From Methanomicrobiales archaeon (GTDB lineage: Archaea > Halobacteriota > Methanomicrobia > Methanomicrobiales > Methanospirillaceae), in assembly GCA_037137755.1 (NCBI GenBank), contig JBAXJR010000029.1, forward strand, positions 1-29,790: a stretch of 29,790 bases of DNA, written 5' to 3'. Below, in pieces: positions 9,837 to 18,889 of the stretch (within the stretch, counting starts at the first letter, position 1; every line of letters starts with the position of its first letter). The notes under the pieces were generated by a model, which was given only the letters and a program-made list of their open reading frames with translations, ran no database searches and was not told the DNA's origin. The translations under genes and the position numbers were made by a program.

Positions 9837-10541
9837 TTAAAAGGAATAGTACCGGGTCAGGAGGCGGGCACCCGCCGCATCCCCCACGATAACCGTGGTT
9901 TTTTCGGTAAAACCACAAAATATACCACAGGAAATGACACCAGGGATAGTTGAGAGGGTGAGTTCCAGCTGTTCGGGTTGACGAATCAATCCGAACCTGC
10001 AGTCGACCACCATGTTACCATTATCAGTAATCACGGGACCATCTTTTTTCTGTCCCTCCCGGAGGACCGGCTCGCCACCCAGACTTCTCAGTACAGACAG
10101 CACCGGGGTGACTGCAAACGGGAGCACCTCCAGCGGTACCGCCGCATCGAGTACCGTTACAATTTTCCCGGGATCGGCAACGATAATAAACCGCCCTGCT
10201 GCCGCCGCGACACATTTTTCACGGAGCTGGGCTGCACCACGTCCCTTGATAACCCGGAAACCCGGGTCCACCTGGTCTGCCCCGTCTATCGCAAGGTCGA
10301 GAACGGGGTGGTCATCAAGGGTAGTAAGGGGGATACCAAGCTCCCGGGCCCTCATTGCTGCCTGGAACGAGGTGGGTACACCGGCCATATCAAGGCCCTC
10401 CCTGACCTTTGCGGATAGCTGTTTCATGGCGAAGAGCACGGTTGAGCCCGTTCCAAGTCCGATCACCATGCCATCTTCCACCATCTCCGCCGCACATATC
10501 CCTGCCGCCTGTTTTGCCACGTCCGGTGCGAGTGTATCCAT
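9837..10541 (-). CDS. rpiA: Ribose-5-phosphate isomerase A
   Basis: GLGTGSTV, DGADQVD, KGRGAAQLREK, TDNGN. Start chosen at MDTLAP; alternative upstream ATGs exist. Confidence 0.96.
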   Translation of the reverse strand: MDTLAPDVAKQAAGICAAEMVEDGMVIGLGTGSTVLFAMKQLSAKVREGLDMAGVPTSFQAAMRARELGIPLTTLDDHPVLDLAIDGADQVDPGFRVIKGRGAAQLREKCVAAAAGRFIIVADPGKIVTVLDAAVPLEVLPFAVTPVLSVLRSLGGEPVLREGQKKDGPVITDNGNMVVDCRFGLIRQPEQLELTLSTIPGVISCGIFCGFTEKTTVIVGDAAGARLLTRYYSF

Positions 10542-10721
10542 GATAATCCGGTTATCTCTCATTATATCCATATGTTTTGAATGGGAGTGGACTGGTGTCA
10601 TGTGTGCATGAAGACATCAGTAATTGCCGCACGGGTGCACCGTGAAATCTTTTGCTTATAAAAGACCAGAATTCCACCCTTGCTGGTACCATAATTTTAA
10701 TCAATTCAGGGGCCGACGTTC

Positions 10722-12782
10722 ATGAAGATGCCCGGAACGGGACCCTGCCACCCTGGAAAAAAACACCACCTGCTCTACGCCGGGGTGGCCTTTGTCCTTG
10801 TTATAGCATTATCAGTTTCCGGCGTAGCAGCAGAAGTCCCGGTTACTCCGGCCTGCAGCGAGGTCGACCAGTTTGGTAATCCCGTCTGCCCCGGTCTCCA
10901 GCCCGTTGATCAAACCGTTACCACCGTGCAGGGAAACAATACGGAAACTTCCCGGTACTACACAGGTGTAACCAATACATTCGGTCAGGTAAAGAACCTG
11001 GTCCCGGCGGCACAGGAGAGCGCCGGAGAACTACTTGAAATTGCAGGTTCCGGAATAAAAGGGAGCATCAATCAGACCCGTAAAGCGGGTGAATATGCAG
11101 TTCCAGCTGATTATGAAACCGGAACCGGGCTGGACTCCACCACCCTGGATAAGAAAGAAGATCCCGGGTTTAAAGGCAGGATGACAGAACTGGCAGAAAT
11201 TGCTGGACTCGGGTTAAAGAGCAGCATTAACCAGACCCTGCATACAGATGAATATCCAAGTCTTACGACCCCGGCACTTGGAATTACCCCAGAACCAGTG
11301 TCAGACGGAGAGGAAGCACCTGCACCAAATATTCTCCGTGCCACGTATGCCGGCATCATCCGGAACATCCTCCAGTTTATTGACATTACCCCCCGGGCCA
11401 TTAAAGGAAGTCTCCGGAATTATTCTACACTGAGTACATCGATCTGGACAAACCGCCCGGCTGATGACTTAATCGGTTCCCCGCTCTATGCACCGGATAC
11501 GGATGAACGTTTCCTGCTCACGCTGGATCTCCCGGTTACCCGCCTGATAAAGAACCTGACCCCGGAACCCTCGTTACTACTGGCAACAAATTCCACTCCG
11601 GTGGCTTCACTACCCGTTCTGCCTACACCAACCCCGGTACCGGCCCCCGTATTCAACCTCTCTGTAGATTCAGACCCCGAGGGAGCACTCATCGTGCTTA
11701 ATGGGAACCGTACCGGCACAACCCCCTATGTTATGACCGGCCTCGAAAAAAATACCTACACTATGACGCTTACCCGTACCGGGTATCTTGCCTATACTGA
11801 GGTCGTGACCCTTGACCGTGATAAAATTCTCGACATTCCACTCACCTCTGATATGGACGCACTATTTGTAACACCGGGAAAATCAACAGCACAGAACAGG
11901 TATGGGGGGATTTATGTGACTTCCTATCCGGACAACCTCGATCTTGCTATTGACGGCGTGCAGGTCACCCGGGGTACCCCGTTCCTTTACTACGGGTTCC
12001 CTGAGGGACTTCACACCGTACAGGTATCCAGGTCAGATAAATCGAGTGGCCCGGTCACCTATACGCGGAGTGTCTGGGTATACCATGATGCACTGACAAT
12101 ATTCAATGTCGATACCGAGGTTGTCCTCCTGTCGAAAAGGGTCTCAATCAGTCCCGGGCCATATTCAGGGGCTGAATTCACCATAAACGGAAGGTTTCCG
12201 GAAGGAAGACTCCCGGCAACAATCAGTGCCGGCTGCCCGGGTTCATTTATCAGTGTCCGCAAAGGTGAGGAATACACCTCATTCCTTATCCCGTGTACGA
12301 ACCAGGATACCGAAACCCTGAACCTCGCCAAAAGTCCGTACCCTCACGCACCATTACAGATCAGCTCAGGTCCTAGTGGTGCAGAAATTTTTATCGACGG
12401 TTTTCGGACCGGTTATACCACACCCCATACGTTCACTCAGGTATCGGAAGGACTTCACCGGATTATGGTGTCAAAACCGGGATTATACCCGGTAGAAGAG
12501 ATTGTCCCGGTCGAGATCAGGGGAGCCAACGCAACTCCCCAGAAAGTCTACTTCCCGATGGAGAATTACGGGGAAGGGACAATCGTGGTCGACAGTCTTC
12601 CACGGGGTGCAGCTATCTACCTCAACGGCTGGACACCAGGGGAGAGCACACCTCACACCTTTGACCACATGAAAATCGGGTTTTATGAAGTCATTGTCCA
12701 GATGGGACCAAAACCATGGATTGAGCAATTTGAACTTACCCCGTCAAAGGTCGGTAAGGTCGTGGCTGATTTTGAGATTTGA
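10722..12782 (+). CDS. Secreted/surface PEGA-domain protein
   Basis: N-terminal hydrophobic signal (VAFVLVIALSVSGVAA), Pro/Thr linker, and about 4 PEGA repeats (SDPEGALIVLNG..GTTP; SGPSGAEIFIDG..GYTTP; SLPRGAAIYLNG..GESTP). Confidence 0.88.
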   Translation: MKMPGTGPCHPGKKHHLLYAGVAFVLVIALSVSGVAAEVPVTPACSEVDQFGNPVCPGLQPVDQTVTTVQGNNTETSRYYTGVTNTFGQVKNLVPAAQESAGELLEIAGSGIKGSINQTRKAGEYAVPADYETGTGLDSTTLDKKEDPGFKGRMTELAEIAGLGLKSSINQTLHTDEYPSLTTPALGITPEPVSDGEEAPAPNILRATYAGIIRNILQFIDITPRAIKGSLRNYSTLSTSIWTNRPADDLIGSPLYAPDTDERFLLTLDLPVTRLIKNLTPEPSLLLATNSTPVASLPVLPTPTPVPAPVFNLSVDSDPEGALIVLNGNRTGTTPYVMTGLEKNTYTMTLTRTGYLAYTEVVTLDRDKILDIPLTSDMDALFVTPGKSTAQNRYGGIYVTSYPDNLDLAIDGVQVTRGTPFLYYGFPEGLHTVQVSRSDKSSGPVTYTRSVWVYHDALTIFNVDTEVVLLSKRVSISPGPYSGAEFTINGRFPEGRLPATISAGCPGSFISVRKGEEYTSFLIPCTNQDTETLNLAKSPYPHAPLQISSGPSGAEIFIDGFRTGYTTPHTFTQVSEGLHRIMVSKPGLYPVEEIVPVEIRGANATPQKVYFPMENYGEGTIVVDSLPRGAAIYLNGWTPGESTPHTFDHMKIGFYEVIVQMGPKPWIEQFELTPSKVGKVVADFEI

Positions 12783-12851
12783 TTGGCAAAATCAGGCCAT
12801 GATGGCATCCGCCAGCAATTGTCTTATTAAAATTCAGGGGGCATTCCAAAA

Positions 12852-12895
12852 ATATGCTCACGCTCCCGGGGCTCATGGCACGCCACTCTGGTAAC
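12852..12895 (-). repeat. GC-rich extragenic repeat, copy C (inverted relative to B)
   Basis: CACGCTCCCGGGGCTCATGGCACGCCACTCTGGTAAC versus revcomp of B CACGCTCCCGGGGCTCATGGCCCGCCGCTGTGGCGAC. Confidence 0.8.
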
Positions 12896-13113
12896 AAAAG
12901 CTGGACCGGGAACTGAAATATCTGAATTTTTTTAAGACCCCTGGCGTTGAACCATGCCTGAAAGGTTATCTCTATATTGGGGTGGCGCAGGAGGAGGTAA
13001 CATTCCACCTGTCCCGGGGAGCTCCGTTTCGTTTTGAAATACCACCAGGGCTTTGGCGAAACGAAAAATAAATTGATCCGCCAGGGAGCATACGGGTCCC
13101 GGCTATCCTTCCG

Positions 13114-13896
13114 CTATGGGCAGAAAAGAGACTTTAATTCGTTATCGGCATCGAAGGCAGTGCAGTCCAGCGTGATGGGAGTGATGGAGATATGACCTTT
13201 CCTGATTGCGTGGACATCTGTACCTTCTTCGGCATCTTCAAGGAGCGGCCCGTTTATCCAGTAATACGGTCTCCCTCTCGGGTCCAGCCGCTTTTCGACA
13301 CCGGTCTCAAAGAGCTTTCGTGCAAGCCGGGTGACCTCGTACCCCCCTCTCACAACGGATGGGATATTTACATTAATTACGTCAGCATGCCGGGGAAATC
13401 CGGTTTCCAGGACCTTCATGCAGACTTCTCTGACAATGCGTTTCGCGTCGGCGAAACTCTGGGAGTGCTGGCGTGGATCGTCGAACTTGTCACCCTGGTC
13501 CTCCACCTGGAGAGAGAAGGCAATCCCTTTTGTACCCTGGTTGGAGGCTTCAAGCGCTGCACCGACCGTGCCGGAGGTCATAATAGATTCAAATGAAAGG
13601 TTCTCCCCTATGTTTATCCCGCTGACTACGAGGTCCGGCCTGAGGTTTAGGGCATAAAGCCCAATGATAACCGAATCGGTTGGCTTTCCGCCGATGGAAT
13701 ATGCCATGACCCCGTTCATGACGACAGGGTTCGCCCGTATGGGTTCAAAAATCGATATCGAACGCCCGACCGCACTCTGCTGGGTGGAAGGCGCAGCGAT
13801 AGTCACCTCGGCTACAGGGGACAACGCCTCGTATGCAGCCCAGAGGCCGGCTGATGTTATTCCGTCATCGTTTGTCAGAAGGATCCGCGGTTTCAT
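13114..13896 (-). CDS. surE: 5'/3'-nucleotidase SurE
   Basis: ILLTNDDG, QSAVGRS, GKPTD, SGINIGEN, SGTVGAA, DPRGRPYYW. Confidence 0.97.
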   Translation of the reverse strand: MKPRILLTNDDGITSAGLWAAYEALSPVAEVTIAAPSTQQSAVGRSISIFEPIRANPVVMNGVMAYSIGGKPTDSVIIGLYALNLRPDLVVSGINIGENLSFESIMTSGTVGAALEASNQGTKGIAFSLQVEDQGDKFDDPRQHSQSFADAKRIVREVCMKVLETGFPRHADVINVNIPSVVRGGYEVTRLARKLFETGVEKRLDPRGRPYYWINGPLLEDAEEGTDVHAIRKGHISITPITLDCTAFDADNELKSLFCP

Positions 13897-14061
13897 CACC
13901 GATCCAGTTGGCGGCGTCTGATGAAATAGATGTGCTATGGCAGGGGGAGGCCTGGGTCAACAAGGATGGCGATCCATGCAGACCTTGGACAATTTCACCA
14001 GGGATTCCAGCCAGATCCACTATCGTCAGGGTAATCTCCCACTGCATCCAACAGGTACAGG

Positions 14062-14949
14062 ATGAAGGCCCTAATCGCAGAATATTCCATGTACCATGAC
14101 CCTGCCCTCGCACCCGAAGGAAGGGCAATGTTCGCATCACTTTCAGCCAGCTTTTCAAGATGCGGGTACGAGGTCGTAACTCCGGGGCAGGGTGACTTTT
14201 ATGAAGAAATTGTAAAACTTGCACCCGGTTGTGATGTAGGGCTTGTTATTGCACCCGACCACCTGCTCTCGCGCTTTACCCTCGCGATGGAAACCAGTAC
14301 CCATAACCTCGGATGTGGAAGCATGAATGTAGCAGTCTGCGCTAACAAGCAGCGGACAGGCAAAATACTGGCATCACACGGGATTGCTGTTCCTGACGAA
14401 CAGGATGAAGGCCTCCGCGTAGTAAAACCTGTGTACGGCTGCGGGGCTATGGGGGTCAGGCTTACCCGCGATCCAGCAGGGCAGGGAGAATTTGGCCAGA
14501 GATACATTGAAGGTGAGAATTATTCTGTCAGCGTTGTCGGGAGCAGGGTAGTAGGTGAGGCATGTCTCTATTTCACCGGGGAACCCCCCGTTGCCCTCGC
14601 CCTGAACCGGCAGCATATCGAGATCGACCCCGAAGGAAAGTTCCATTACCAGGGAGGAGAGACTCCCGTGAGCCACCCGAAGGAACAGGAGATCAAAGAA
14701 ACTGCCATCAATGCGGTGAAGACCCTCGGTTGCCAGGGTTATGCCGGGGTCGACGTGGTCGTTGCTGACCGGGTCTACATTGTGGACGTTAATCCCCGCA
14801 TAACCACAAGCATCGTGGGGATCACTGCCTGTATGAGTGAAGAGATTGCCGCTATCCTTATCAGGGCATCGAAAGGAATGGCCATAGGGGAGCTTCATTT
14901 TTCAGGCCACGCCAGGTTTGAGGCAAATGGGACGGTTAACCGCCAATAA
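14062..14949 (+). CDS. mfnD: ATP-grasp protein, probable tyramine--L-glutamate ligase (methanofuran biosynthesis)
   Basis: EGRAM, LVIAPD, VVKPVYGCGA, GYAGVD, DVNPRITTS; adjacent to an mfnF-like gene. Confidence 0.82.
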   Translation: MKALIAEYSMYHDPALAPEGRAMFASLSASFSRCGYEVVTPGQGDFYEEIVKLAPGCDVGLVIAPDHLLSRFTLAMETSTHNLGCGSMNVAVCANKQRTGKILASHGIAVPDEQDEGLRVVKPVYGCGAMGVRLTRDPAGQGEFGQRYIEGENYSVSVVGSRVVGEACLYFTGEPPVALALNRQHIEIDPEGKFHYQGGETPVSHPKEQEIKETAINAVKTLGCQGYAGVDVVVADRVYIVDVNPRITTSIVGITACMSEEIAAILIRASKGMAIGELHFSGHARFEANGTVNRQ

Positions 14950-14980
14950 TATGGCGATAAGCCATCTGAAGGTGATACGA

Positions 14981-15943
14981 ATGAATGAAAATACGGGGAA
15001 TACCAAGGAACGGGTAGGTATTGATGTAGGCGGTGCACACCTGAAGGTCGTTGACCATAACGGCGTCCATATCCATTACTGTCCGCTATGGAAAGGTGCT
15101 CCACTCAAAGAACTTCTCGGGAACTATAACAAAGAGACGGGATCGGCAGCCGTGGTGATGTCCGGCGAACTCGCAGACTGTTTTCCCAGTAAGGCGGAGG
15201 GGATTGGCTTTATTGTTGACAGCGTGAAGGCCGCGTTCCCTGACGCACTCTTTTACGGGACAGATAAAGCGTTTCACCGGGACGCTGCCCCACAGCTTGG
15301 AGCCTCGAACTGGCTTGTTTCAGCCGATTACTTAAGGGAGCTCTATCCTGGGGCAGTTTTTGTCGATATGGGCAGCACCACGACAGATATCATTCCGATC
15401 GGCCGGTTCGAAGAGTTGAAAGGGCTTACGGACCTTGACCGCCTTCAGCGGGGATACCTGATCTACACCGGCCTGCTCCGAACGAGCGTTCCATGCCTTA
15501 TCCGGTCGGTCCTTCTTGACGGGGTCCCCACACCGGTAAGCAGCGAGTATTTTGCCTGTTCAGGGGATGTGCACCTTGTCCTCGGGCATATCACCGGACG
15601 CCAGTATACCTCAGATCCCCCGGACGGTGGCAGACGCGACGTTGGGGCGGCTCTCCGGAGACTCGCGCGGGTCGTATGTGCAGACATAGATGAGATAGGA
15701 GAAGCCGGAGCCAGGGTGATTGCAGAAACGTTCTGGAACGCCCAGAAAGACCTTATTATTTCCGGCATTGAAAACATATGCCGGAAGGCCGGTACAAACG
15801 AGGTTATTTTTGCAGGTATCGGGTCGGGACTTATTGCGAAAAAATTCGGGGGCACAAATCTTTCGGGTGCCCTGGGACCGGTTGTCGATGCCCTGCCTGC
15901 ATTTGCTGTACGGGAGGTAGCAGGACGAGACTCTGGGTCCTGA
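14981..15943 (+). CDS. mfnF: Hydantoinase A-like H4MPT-linked C1 pathway protein (MfnF-like)
   Basis: GIDVGGAHLK, YCPLWK, MSGELADCF, ASNW, DMGSTTTDIIP, YTGLLRT, SEYFA, RRLARVVCAD. AAGGTGA RBS precedes ATG 14981. Confidence 0.85.
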   Translation: MNENTGNTKERVGIDVGGAHLKVVDHNGVHIHYCPLWKGAPLKELLGNYNKETGSAAVVMSGELADCFPSKAEGIGFIVDSVKAAFPDALFYGTDKAFHRDAAPQLGASNWLVSADYLRELYPGAVFVDMGSTTTDIIPIGRFEELKGLTDLDRLQRGYLIYTGLLRTSVPCLIRSVLLDGVPTPVSSEYFACSGDVHLVLGHITGRQYTSDPPDGGRRDVGAALRRLARVVCADIDEIGEAGARVIAETFWNAQKDLIISGIENICRKAGTNEVIFAGIGSGLIAKKFGGTNLSGALGPVVDALPAFAVREVAGRDSGS

Positions 15944-16173
15944 GCATCCTGCTCATTCTGGTCTCGCTTAGCCTGACGATTACCGCCCTTTTACTCCACT
16001 GGCCGTTTTTCTTCTTTTTTTTGTTCATCCCTCTCGTCCCCTTCCTCCAGCGGCGTGTGGTATGGAAATGCCCTGCCTGTGGCTGGACGACCATCGGGAA
16101 CGAACGATTCTGCCCCTATGATGGGTCCCGGCTGGAAGGACCCGGGAGTAAACATCGTGAGGGAGATAGTTGA
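15925..16173 (+). CDS. Small membrane protein with C-terminal zinc ribbon (start uncertain)
   Basis: Two hydrophobic stretches followed by CPACG-x8-FCPYDG. No nearby ATG/GTG/TTG; ACG at 15925 or CTG at 15940 are candidates. Confidence 0.65.
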   Translation, partial: TRLWVLSILLILVSLSLTITALLLHWPFFFFFLFIPLVPFLQRRVVWKCPACGWTTIGNERFCPYDGSRLEGPGSKHREGDS

Positions 16174-16620
16174 GACCGGGAGCAGGAACCCGAAGAACTC
16201 AGTTGCGGGGGGTACGGCAAAGCCACGGGAGACGTAGTTTCTGACCGTTCCCCTGTCAATGACAATACCAAGGGCATTGATTACTTTTGCTGCACGCGAA
16301 CAGCTCATCTCCTGCGAGAGGGTCATGCACAGGTCAACGATGGGAGCGCCGATCCGCGTATCGGGGTAGAACGGTGCTTTTGCGGGGCTCACTGTTCTGC
16401 ATACCCTGCACGAAAACCGCCTCACGTTCACAAAGATATCACGGTCCCCACCTTGTTCGGCGAGAGTGACAAAATACCGTTGTTTCGTATCGTACCCTGC
16501 GAGGTCACCACCGCACGATGGGCACGCATCAAGCGAGGTATATAATTGCCCATCAAGGTTAGCAATGCCGGCCTGGATGACAGTAGGGAGCATCGGGTGG
16601 ACCAGGATTTTCCGCTTCAT
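15991..16620 (-). CDS. Hypothetical zinc-ribbon + HTH protein resembling transposase N-terminal modules
   Basis: CPSCGG...VRRFSCRVC zinc ribbon followed by an HTH-like SCSRAAKVINALGIVIDRGTVRNY; no catalytic domain evident. Confidence 0.65.
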   Translation of the reverse strand: MKRKILVHPMLPTVIQAGIANLDGQLYTSLDACPSCGGDLAGYDTKQRYFVTLAEQGGDRDIFVNVRRFSCRVCRTVSPAKAPFYPDTRIGAPIVDLCMTLSQEMSCSRAAKVINALGIVIDRGTVRNYVSRGFAVPPATEFFGFLLPVSTISLTMFTPGSFQPGPIIGAESFVPDGRPATGRAFPYHTPLEEGDERDEQKKEEKRPVE

Positions 16621-16768
16621 ACGGCGCACATACCCCAAATCCAAAAATTATATACCCGATCACGGATCAGATGGATAATTGCGCTTTCCCATACCGGTAT
16701 TCTAATCCACAGGTGCATATTGGATCATTTACCCACCACTATTAATCAAATTATCGCGAGTAAATGAC

Positions 16769-16782
16769 TATTATTAAATATT
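16769..16782 (+). promoter_or_regulatory. Putative TATA box of the fdhAB operon
   Basis: TATTATTAAATATT about 40 bp upstream of the fdhA ATG, with GAGGT RBS at about 16807. Confidence 0.45.
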
Positions 16783-16818
16783 GTTAACCGAGAGATATTT
16801 TTGTTCGAGGTTTCAAGA

Positions 16819-18888
16819 ATGGACGTTCAATATGTACAGACAACCTGCCCCTATTGCGGGACCGGTTGCTCATTCAACCTCGTGGTGAAAGACAAGAAGG
16901 TAATCGGGGTAGCACCCTACCAGCGATCACCTGTCAACGAAGGTAAGCTCTGCCCGAAAGGCAACTACGCCCACGAGTTCATTAACAGCCCGGATCGACT
17001 TACAACACCCCTCATCAAGAAGGATGGCAAATTTGAACCTGCCACCTGGGATGAGGCATATGACCTGATCGCAAAGAAGTTCAAGTCCTACAAGCCGGAC
17101 GAGATGGCATGTCTCGCATCAGCCCGTGTCTCCAACGAGGAGAACTACGCAATGATGAAGTTTGCCCGCGGTGTCTTAAAGACCCGGCATATCGACCATT
17201 GTGCAAGGCTCTGCCATGCTTCGACGGTCGCCGGCCTTGCCGCATCGTTCGGCTCAGGTGCAATGACCAACTCCATCGGTGATATTGCACAGTCAAAGTG
17301 CGTGTTCGTCCTTGGAAGCAACACCTTTGAACAGCACCCGCTCATCGGACGCAGGATAGTTCAGGCGCATGAAAATGGTGCAAAACTCATTGTTGCCGAT
17401 CCACGGTTTACACCGACCGCAAAGCAGGCAGACCTGTATATGGCATTTGTCTCAGGTTCGGATGTCGCGATCCTGAACGGTATGATGCAGGAGATCATCA
17501 GGAACGGCTGGGAGGACAAGGAGTTCATCAAGACCCGTACCAAGGACTACGAGAAACTGAAGGAAGTGGTAATGAAGGACACCTACAGCCTCGAAAACGT
17601 CTCTAAGATCTCAAAAATACCCGTTGCCCAGCTCAAGACTGCCGCAGAATGGTTTGCAAAAGCAGAATCAGCATGTATCTGTTATTCGATGGGTATCACC
17701 CAGCACACCACTGGAGTAGATAACGTTAAATCAACCGCAAATATCCAGATGCTGACCGGGAACCTCGGGAAACCGGGTGCCGGTGTGAATGCACTCCGAG
17801 GCCAGAATAACGTGCAGGGTGCCTGCGACATGGGAGCACTCCCCGTTGTCTTCACCGGGTACCAGAAAGTCATTGACGAAGCGGCACACAAGAAATTTAC
17901 CGATGCATGGGGATTCCCTGATGGGATCTGCGAGTCCAAGAACGGTTACGAAGTCACGACCATGATGGACGTACTCGTTGACAAACCCGGAGAACTCAAG
18001 GCCATGTACATCATGGGTGAAAACCCGATGATCTCTGACCCTGACCTCCACCACGTCGAGAAGGGATTGAAGAACCTTGAATTCCTCGTCGTTCAGGATA
18101 TATTCATGACCGAGACCGCTGAACTGGCCGATGTCGTCCTGCCAGCTGCATGCTATGCAGAAAGGGACGGCACACAGACCAGCACCGAGCGCCGTGTCCA
18201 GATGTGGAGGACCGCACAGGCACCACCGGGAGAGGCGAAAGTCGACTGGCAGATCTTCTGCGAACTTGCCGCAAAAATGGGCTATGCGAAGCAGTTCCCG
18301 TGGAAGTCTGCAGAAGAGATCTTCACCGAGATTTCAAAAGTCACCCCGTCCTATGGTGGGATGAACTATACACGGCTGAACCGACCTGAAGCACTTCACT
18401 GGCCATGCCCCACAACCGAACACCCCGGCTCACCTATCCTTCATATAGGCAAGTTCTCTCATCCTGATGGAATCGGAGTATTCACCCCGATTGAATGGAA
18501 AGCCCCGGCAGAAGTACCCGATGCAGAATACCCCTATGTCCTAACGACAGGGCGTTGTCTGTGGCACTGGCATACCGGGACCATGACACGCCGCTCGGAC
18601 AGCCTTGAACGCGAGGAGCCGACCGGCTGGATAGAAATCAACCCCGAAGACGCGAAGGCGCTCGATATCAAGGACCACGAGATGGTACGGGCAATGACAC
18701 GCCGTGGCCAGGTAAATGTACCGGCACGTGTGACAAAAGACATCATGAAAGGTGTCATGTTCATGCCGTTCCACTTCAAGGAATGTGCCGCAAACGTCCT
18801 TACCAACAATGCACTTGACCCGATCGCAAAGATCCCGGAGTTCAAGGCCTGTTCCATACGGATTGAGAAAATTAAGGAGGGAAAGTAG
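16819..18888 (+). CDS. fdhA: Formate dehydrogenase alpha subunit (Mo/W-bisPGD, cysteine-type)
   Basis: CPYCGTGC...LCPKG FeS motif, DHCARLCHASTV (Cys ligand, no Sec), LRGQNNVQGACDMG, TTGR..HWHTGTMTR. Confidence 0.97.
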   Translation: MDVQYVQTTCPYCGTGCSFNLVVKDKKVIGVAPYQRSPVNEGKLCPKGNYAHEFINSPDRLTTPLIKKDGKFEPATWDEAYDLIAKKFKSYKPDEMACLASARVSNEENYAMMKFARGVLKTRHIDHCARLCHASTVAGLAASFGSGAMTNSIGDIAQSKCVFVLGSNTFEQHPLIGRRIVQAHENGAKLIVADPRFTPTAKQADLYMAFVSGSDVAILNGMMQEIIRNGWEDKEFIKTRTKDYEKLKEVVMKDTYSLENVSKISKIPVAQLKTAAEWFAKAESACICYSMGITQHTTGVDNVKSTANIQMLTGNLGKPGAGVNALRGQNNVQGACDMGALPVVFTGYQKVIDEAAHKKFTDAWGFPDGICESKNGYEVTTMMDVLVDKPGELKAMYIMGENPMISDPDLHHVEKGLKNLEFLVVQDIFMTETAELADVVLPAACYAERDGTQTSTERRVQMWRTAQAPPGEAKVDWQIFCELAAKMGYAKQFPWKSAEEIFTEISKVTPSYGGMNYTRLNRPEALHWPCPTTEHPGSPILHIGKFSHPDGIGVFTPIEWKAPAEVPDAEYPYVLTTGRCLWHWHTGTMTRRSDSLEREEPTGWIEINPEDAKALDIKDHEMVRAMTRRGQVNVPARVTKDIMKGVMFMPFHFKECAANVLTNNALDPIAKIPEFKACSIRIEKIKEGK

Positions 18889-18889
18889 A

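Noticed and set aside
13900-14061. Hammerhead-like CTGACGA...GAAA on the minus strand between surE and mfnD
   Set aside because: Stem II closing pair and stem III/NUH geometry do not fit the hammerhead consensus.
17197-17226. Selenocysteine in FdhA
   Set aside because: The ligand position is TGC (Cys) in CARLCHAST; there is no in-frame TGA.
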